Shown here: positions 20,230 through 26,945 of the stretch, piece by piece
Layout of the letters: each line of letters starts with the position of its first letter
Numbering within the stretch: the first letter of the stretch is position 1
From: Macrostomum lignano
Taxonomy: Eukaryota
DNA length: 26,945 bases
Assembly: GCA_002269645.1 (NCBI GenBank)
Contig: NIVC01001321.1
Span: 1 to 26,945 of the forward strand
Direction of reading: 5' to 3'
Program-made: the position numbers and the translations under genes
The notes under the pieces: model-generated
Told to the model about the DNA's origin: nothing
Database searches by the model: none
Seen by the model: the letters and a program-made list of their open reading frames with translations, nothing else

Positions 20230-21652
20230 TATTGTTATCATTGAGTAGCTAGTATATTTATTATACATATATTTATTATACACTTAAAATTTAAAGACAA
20301 AGACTATTATAAATTGGCTTCTTAATAATAATAGGCCCTAGTACTAAAAAGATACATATAAGATAAGGCCTAATAAAGGCAAATAGTTTTCATTTGATAT
20401 TTATTTTTTACAATCTATTGAAACCTAGCTATCATTGTATAGATTTTTAACCTATAGATTTTAAACCCCCTGAATTCCAATAAATTTGCCAGAACTATTT
20501 TTGCATGAATTTTGAAATCTAAAGTCAAACTCCAACAAAACTATATTATTGGTTAAGGAAAAAAACTTAGAATTCTATAACATTTTAGCTTTCATATTAT
20601 AACCTTTTATTTTCCCTTTAGCTTTGCTTCTATTTGCTCTAGTACCATACTTTGGAGCATGTATTGACCTTGTATACCAACAAAAGTAGGCGTGCACAGT
20701 TGGTATGTTTAGGTTGACTTGACGATAAATGATGCCATGGAAGCCACTATGTGAGGCTCTAAGTTAAAGATCAGATGATTCTAAGCAAAGAAATTAGCTA
20801 GTCGCAATTAGTGTATTAGGGTCTACTCCATGGAGCACTAGTAAAGTTAAGCAAAATTTGAAAAAAATAGTAGAAGAAAGCAGGAAAAAGAAAAAGAGCT
20901 TTTCAGAATTGGGCCAAATGAGGCCAAATAAATATAAAAAGGGGGAGCAGTTAGGCAAAGTGGTTCAGAAAATGGGGATAGGGCATAGACACTGGGTCCA
21001 GAACTTGTCAAGCAAAAGTTTCTATAGAAAATACCGAGAGAAAAGAATAGAAACAGAAAAAGGGACATGCAAGGCCAAAAAAGGGCAGGTAGGCCAGAAT
21101 GGGGACTGAAAAATATATCATAGAACTGTGCCACAGGGTAGGCAGATAGGGCTGCAAATGGGGCAATAGCAAAATGAGAAAGTCCACTGTTAGTCCATAA
21201 TATGTGATTAGAAAATTTAAAATAATAAAACTTCAGTGGGAGTTTGCACTACCACAAGGGTTTATTTAAAGCATAAACTTTAATAAAATATTTAATCTTT
21301 GCATGTATCAATTTTCCACTATCAATATTATCATCAAAAAAGGTCATTTATTGCCACAGTATAAAAATGTCATTAATTGTTGCAATACTGGCATAGTTTT
21401 AAAAATTGGCATACACTCAATTTTTTTCAGTCTGAATTTGTAATTATTCAATTTTTGTTTGGGTGTATACCTAGCATGATACAGACTATGGCTCTGGTAC
21501 TAATTATCTTAGAAGTTCAAAGCATTGAATTGTCTTAGTATTGAAATGTTTGGCACTTGAGCATCTTGCCATCTGGCTACCATGTATACAATCAGAATTT
21601 TTTCTAGATTATATATATGTACATAAAAGTAATATAATTTTTTATTGAAAGT

Positions 21653-21818
21653 GGATTACTGCATTTGATAAGCCAAATGATTATTGCACTTGATAAACAA
21701 AGGATTAGTGTGCTTGATAAATTAAAGATTATTGCACTTAATAAACCAAGGAGTACTGCATTTAATAAACTAGGATAACTATGCTTGATAAACGAATGAT
21801 TATTGAGCTTGTTAAACC
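21653..21818. repeat. Degenerate 24-bp minisatellite, ~7 copies
   Basis: Units like tgattattgcacttgataaacaaa and ggattactgcatttgataagccaaa. A related copy lies at about 22441-22479. Confidence 0.8.
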
Positions 21819-22679
21819 TTATAAAAACTTGTAATAATTGAGACTAATAGTAGACTGACTGAATCCAATGCTACTGACTTCAAGAAGCTTGCACTTGCAA
21901 TGTTTTGTACATTTGCATTGGTTATAAGATTAGATTTTCCTATTATAAAAAGCTACCTTAACCATTTTATAAGCAGTTTTACAGAGAAAAGAGAGAAAGA
22001 TCTTTACAGGAGACTGCTCTCTTATCTCCCTAATTTGGGACTCTAAAGCATTTAAAAAAGTTGCTTTGTATAAATTTCAAGTAGAAAATTTTACTATATA
22101 TTTATTCTCCACCATTCTGATCTTTTTGTTAGTTAGATTACTTTAAATGTACATGTTTGTATGCATGATCAACTTGGTAATTGCAGGTTGCATTGTTTTA
22201 CTTTAAGTGCATGTAGTAAGATTTAATTTTATTTGTTCTATTAGTTTCCACCAAATGACTGCACCTTTCTATATTAATTCAAATGAAAAAGCTAGTAGTG
22301 GTAATAGTAATAGTAGCCTAACTATGGCTCAATGGCTGGGCCAAGGCCACTTAAAAACTGAAACTAAATTAAATTATTTAATAGTGATTACATTGTAGAT
22401 TCAATACCTTGCTGCATTTTTTGCAAAATTGTTTTGTTTCATTTGATGAGTAAATGATTATTGCTCTTGATGAGTAGACTCCTAAGATAATGCATACTCT
22501 GTTTAGCAAAGTTCAAAGCAGTGATTTTTTTAAATCAAGGTCCAATTAGGTCCGATTTATTTTTTTTAAATTTGTTGTTAACATTTAATAGTAAAGATGT
22601 CATTAGTAAAGTAAAGTAGATATTAGTAGTAATGTTTGTAAAATAGTTAGTTAGTAATCTTTTTGCCGCCATTGTCTCG

Positions 22680-22740
22680 TTGCTATTATTGCTGTTGCTT
22701 TTGCTGTTGTTCCTGCTATTTCTGCTGCTGTTGCTGCTGA
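22680..22740 (-). repeat. Degenerate (CAG/CAA)n trinucleotide tract
   Basis: Minus strand reads cag cag caa cag cag cag aaa tag cag gaa caa cag caa aag caa cag caa taa tag caa. Confidence 0.8.
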
Positions 22741-22981
22741 TATGCCACATATTGTTTGAGTGCATTGCACTGTGTTGCTTTACAGCTTTATGCTTCTGAT
22801 CCCTGCAGAAGTAGCACGCTATAGCTATAAAATTAAGCAAAGATAGTTAAATTGTTAATTTTAAAATTCTACAGAAGCATATTTGATTAGTATGTAAGCC
22901 TGGAATTAAAATGATATTTTGATTCCTTAGAATAACATATGTACAATTGGTTTTTGTTTCTAAGAGTTGAGAAAAAAGAAA

Positions 22982-23213
22982 AAATTCTAGGGGGATTAAA
23001 TGATAAAATAGTAACCAACAATGTATTAAAATGCCTAGACTAAAATAATAAAGTAACAAGCCCCAAATAAAAGAGAGATTCTGGTTCCGAAGAATACCAT
23101 TGCCTAAGAATATATGCTTGGTTTGTTAACTTCTTAGAGTCAAGAAGTCAAGAAGAAACAGAAAACAAATTTTAGGAGGGTATTAAATGATAAAGTAGTA
23201 ACTAACAATGTAT
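22982..23213. repeat. Diverged direct repeat (~45-bp cores ~186 bp apart)
   Basis: aaattctagggggattaaatgataaaatagtaaccaacaatgtat (22982-23026) versus aaattttaggagggtattaaatgataaagtagtaactaacaatgtat (23167-23213). Confidence 0.7.
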
Positions 23214-24392
23214 ATCATACTTACATTTCTAGGGATGGCGCCGGTGGCACTGATTGCCATGGCAATACTGGACAATTGTGAATTTCATTTAGAACTTGAG
23301 TGGATTTGATTTAGTTATATCGATTTGCAAGCTATCAAACAGTCAAACTGATCAAACAGTGCAAGTTATAAGAAAATCCATTGAGCCATTTTTTAAATTG
23401 ATCATACACATATGCACACAGATATAAACCATTTTTAATATATTGATTTGCAAGCATTTTTTTAATCTAGTTAATAATAGAAATGTGGTAGTTTAATATC
23501 TTAAGTTGGCATAGAGTAAGAATCTACAATATATAGCAAAATTTTCTAGGGTAGGTTGGTGCTAGCCTAACCCTATTGGCCCTGTCATATAATGGACAGG
23601 TAGGGATTAGCCATACAGGCTGAGGTGGACAAATGGAGCTAAGCAAGAGAAAATGACAGCAGTGGCTGGATGGTTGGGGCTAAGCCATGTAAGGCTAAGG
23701 GGTTATGCTTATGCTAATAGACTTAGAGAGAAAGGGCAAGAGCATTATGTTAGGTAGGTAGATTAAATCAAGCTAGCCCTAGGGAGGTTGAATCAAAACC
23801 AGTTGTGGTTGATTACAAGTAAGAATTAGGAGGTATAGTAGAATGTGCAACTGAGAAGATTGGTGAGATTATAGAGCCAATCAGAAGGTAGGTACAGAGA
23901 GAAAAAAAGAATAATAAGACTAAACTAGATAGAGAAGAAGAGAAAAAAAGTAAACAATAACAAGTCCAGATAAACTAGATAAATCCATATACTAAATAAC
24001 TAACTAAATCACTAATTGTTTAAGTGTGAAAAACAATAAGTCACAGATAACCTTGAGAGGGGTTGGCCCTGGCAGTTCAACTAGCCTTGCAAGATCATAC
24101 CATTGTAAAGTCCAGACCCTACCCACCCTAGCCAATTTAGGCTAGAAATAAAGAGATTGCAGACAGGGAGAGGGGGCATTTGCATTCTTAGCAAAAAAAA
24201 GAGATTCTTAGCAAACACCTTTGTCTATAACAATTTTACTTAAATAAGGTGATTTGTAAAACTGAAGAAGGAATTGGTTCTTACAAAAATGTGCTTTATA
24301 ATGGAATTGCATCAATAATTTTTGCTCATTGCTTATTGCACATCCCAAAGGGAGGCATTAGATTGCTAATCTCTACATATAAAAATATACAC

Positions 24393-24413
24393 ATATATAT
24401 ATATATATATATA
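24393..24413. repeat. (AT)n microsatellite
   Basis: About 10 perfect AT units. Confidence 0.9.
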
Positions 24414-25326
24414 ATTGTTTTTGATGAGAAAATGTGATTTAGATTGGTTCTAGAAATATAGCCAGCCAGCTGCCTGGCCTATTTAAAAACAAAAGTAAAA
24501 CTTTTATTTTAATCTTTCAACTTGTATTTGAAAGGCAACTGTGTTGCTAGTTAAGCTTAGAGCTCAAGGAGTTAAAGGGGGCCTAAAAATAAAGTTTAAA
24601 TGACAGTATCCTATTTTAATATTATATAATTCTCATTATATATATAGAATATATCATATAAATACATTATATAAATATTTACACTGTATTAAATGATTTT
24701 TAGGTTAAAGGTTTTCAATTTATTAGACCTACAAGCTGTTGAAACCCGCGGATTTTGAACCCGGGGAATTCTAATCTCCGGAACTACTTTTGCATGTATT
24801 CTGAAATCTAAGGCCATACACAAACAAATTAATAGTAGGGTAGAGGTAGACGTAAAATGGAGCACATTCGTGTAAAATTAGGGTTTGAGGCAAACGTTGA
24901 TATTGTTGGCTGGGGTACTGCACAGAATGTCAGGCAATGTCTGTCTGACTCTAAAACATATATTGCTAAACTCTGGTCTCTCCCTGACTCTCCCTATGTC
25001 CCTTGGATCCTTTAAAATTTCTATTGTCTCTTTGTTTCCTTTCTTCTCTCTCATCCCTCGTCTCTCCTCTCTCTTCTCTCCTCTCTCCTCTCTCCTCTCT
25101 TCTCTTGTATCTTCCCTCATCTCTCTTCCCTATTCTTTTCTCTCTCCTCTCCTCTCTCCTTTCTACTTTTCGTTTTCTCTCTGCTCTTCTCTCTCCTCTC
25201 TACTCTTTCGTTTTCTCCCTCCTCTCCTCTCTCCTCTCTCCCCCTGTTCTCTCGTCTCTTCCCTCACATCTTTCCTCTCTCTCTTTCCACTCATCTCTTT
25301 TCTTGTTTTATATCTTCTCTCTCATA

Positions 25327-25614
25327 CATGTGCAACAGTCGGCCGAGTCGGCCAATCTGGCCGACCAATTTGGCGGCCAACCAAGGAAGTCGCAAAAATG
25401 CCCACCCAAAAAACGCCAAAGTAGTAGTACTAAATAGCTGACGAGGCATTTCGGCTTAAAAAGTCAGTCATAGTTACTCCTGCCGTTTACCCTGTAGTAC
25501 ATTAATTTTGCTTTAGGGTTTTTTTACATGTAAGTTGCATTTTTGGCCAAAAACTATGTCGCATTTTGTTAAAACTAAGTCGCATGGCCGACCAAATTTT
25601 GGAGGTTGAGCATG
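25327..25614. mobile_element. MITE-like element (~288 bp) inserted in CT-rich tract
   Basis: Ends CATGTGCAAC and GTTGAGCATG are imperfect inverted repeats, each flanked by TA. Internal gtcggcc/ggccgac and gtcgca motifs recur. Normal complexity interrupts the polypyrimidine tract. Confidence 0.5.
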
Positions 25615-25740
25615 TATGTTCTCTCTCCCCTCGTCGCCCGTCTCTTCCCTCACCTCTCTTCTCTCTCATCTGCTCTTTCATCTCTCCTTTCTCTTCTTTT
25701 ATCTTTTCTCTCTTATCTCTTCTCGTTTCTATCTGCTCTG

Positions 25741-25813
<73 letters not shown>

Positions 25814-26366
25814 CTCTTCATTCTCCTATTTCCTCTTCTCTCTCCCTGTCTCTCCTCTCTCCTCTAGTCTCTGTAATCTCTTCTCTCCATCTTTCTTCTC
25901 CTCTCTACTCTCTCCCCTCCATTCTCCTCTTTTCTCTCCTCTCGCCTCACTCACTTCTCTCTCCCTTTGTCTCTCCTCTCGTCTCTGTAATCTCTTCTCT
26001 CTTCTCTCTCTTCTGTTCTCTCTATTCTCCCATCTCTCGTCTGTTCATTTCGTCTCTGCTCTCAGCTCATCCCCCTCTTTCATCTGTCATCTTTACTGTC
26101 TTAATGTTCTCTCATTTTGTCCTCTGTACTCTTTTCTTTCACCTCTTTTGTCTCCTCACTTTCCTTTCTCCTTTCTTCTCTTCTCTTCTCTTCCCTCTTC
26201 TATATACTCTCTCCATCTCTTGTCTCGTCTCTTCTCTCTCCACTCTCCTCCTTTATCTCTCATCTCTCATTTCTCATCTCTCCTTACACCTCTCTCATCT
26301 GTACAACTTTATCTCTTCTCTCTTCCATTCTCTCTCTTATCTCTCCTTTCTCCTCTTTACTAACTC

Positions 26367-26645
26367 CTCTCTACTCGCTCCTCTCCACTCGCTACTCTAC
26401 TGTCTACTCTCTCTATCTACTCTATCTACTTGCTCCTCTACTCGCTCCTCTACTCTCTCCTCTCTACTCGCTCCTCTCTACTCTTTCCTCTCCACTCGCT
26501 ACTCTACTCTTTCCTCTCCACTCGCTACTCTACTCTCTACTCTCTCCTCTCTACTCGCTCCTCTCTACTCTTTCCTCTCTACTCGCTCCTCTACTCTCTC
26601 CTCTCTACTCGCTCCTCTACTCTCTCCTCTCTACTCTCTCCTCTC
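26367..26645 (+). repeat. 12-14-bp minisatellite within the CT tract
   Basis: Units ctctctactcgctc, ctctctactctttc, ctctccactcgcta and ctctactctctc in tandem. Confidence 0.8.
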
Positions 26646-26945
26646 ATCGTCCTCGCTCCCTCATCTCTTCTATTATCTTTTATCTTTTCTCTTATTCCCT
26701 CTCTCACCTCTCCTCTCTTTTCGAATAGTCTATTCCTTCTTCTCCCCACTCTCAACTGCCCTCAGCCATAAGCTGGATTCTTTTCTAGACTTAGAGGTAA
26801 AAGTCTGCCCATTCCTGCTTGGAAAGCCAGTTTGTGGGACGTAGTACTCTCATGGCTGTTCTCATGCTTTGATCATGTCATCTTTCTTGCCAATTTGCAA
26901 GCCCTGAAAAGAATTTTTGTATCTTCAGCTCCACTGCAGTCTGCA

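Larger units (their letters stand above)
25020..26760 (+). repeat. CT-rich polypyrimidine low-complexity tract including perfect (TC)n at ~25746-25810
   Basis: The + strand is almost entirely C/T. About 32 perfect TC units. Confidence 0.95.

Noticed and set aside
20847-21134. Opposing 83-95 aa ORFs (Lys-rich and Phe-rich)
   Set aside because: They reflect local purine strand bias, with no splice or domain support.
21653-21818. CRISPR-like array
   Set aside because: The units are contiguous and degenerate with no unique spacers, and the context is eukaryotic.
22408-22498. Candidate minus-strand exon read as STHQEQ*SFTHQ and taken as more CAA-to-TAA evidence
   Set aside because: The TAA is a conserved part of the 24-bp repeat unit seen at 21653-21818, and another frame is fully open, so it is not independent evidence.
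23560-23900. Possible decayed LINE endonuclease (GDFNLP-like) on the minus strand
   Set aside because: It needs indels to read the motif, and the flanking residues do not fit APE domains.
24878-26844. Long Leu/Ser-rich ORFs up to 412 aa
   Set aside because: CT-only sequence cannot form stop codons, so these are low-complexity artefacts and not membrane proteins.

Overview
Eukaryotic (metazoan-type) genomic DNA with GT-AG introns. The Ala/Pro-rich GC-rich exons and AT-rich introns are reminiscent of a Macrostomum-like flatworm, but the taxon is only an inference. Positions 1-11716 hold the 3' part of one very large five-exon + strand gene (about 3450 aa within the window). It encodes a coiled-coil protein with seven nested internal repeats and a C-terminal tail anchor carrying the Tyr-x4-His signature of giantin/golgin-84/CASP golgins. 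About 20 LC8-type (xQT/TET/TD) motifs lie in its non-coiled linkers. The first 800 bp contain several frameshifts. Intron 4 carries a tRNA-derived CORE-like SINE. Positions 13277-17127 hold an intronless pair of ORFs (Pro-rich SH3-ligand protein plus an FCS/MYND-like Cys cluster) that may be one frameshifted gene. From about 18400 the sequence is non-genic. It contains a foldback element nested in a MULE-like element (both with 9-bp TSDs), a 4.5-kb CpG desert with a possible decayed poly-Gln gene, a small MITE and a long CT-rich tract. All alignments and counts were done by eye.
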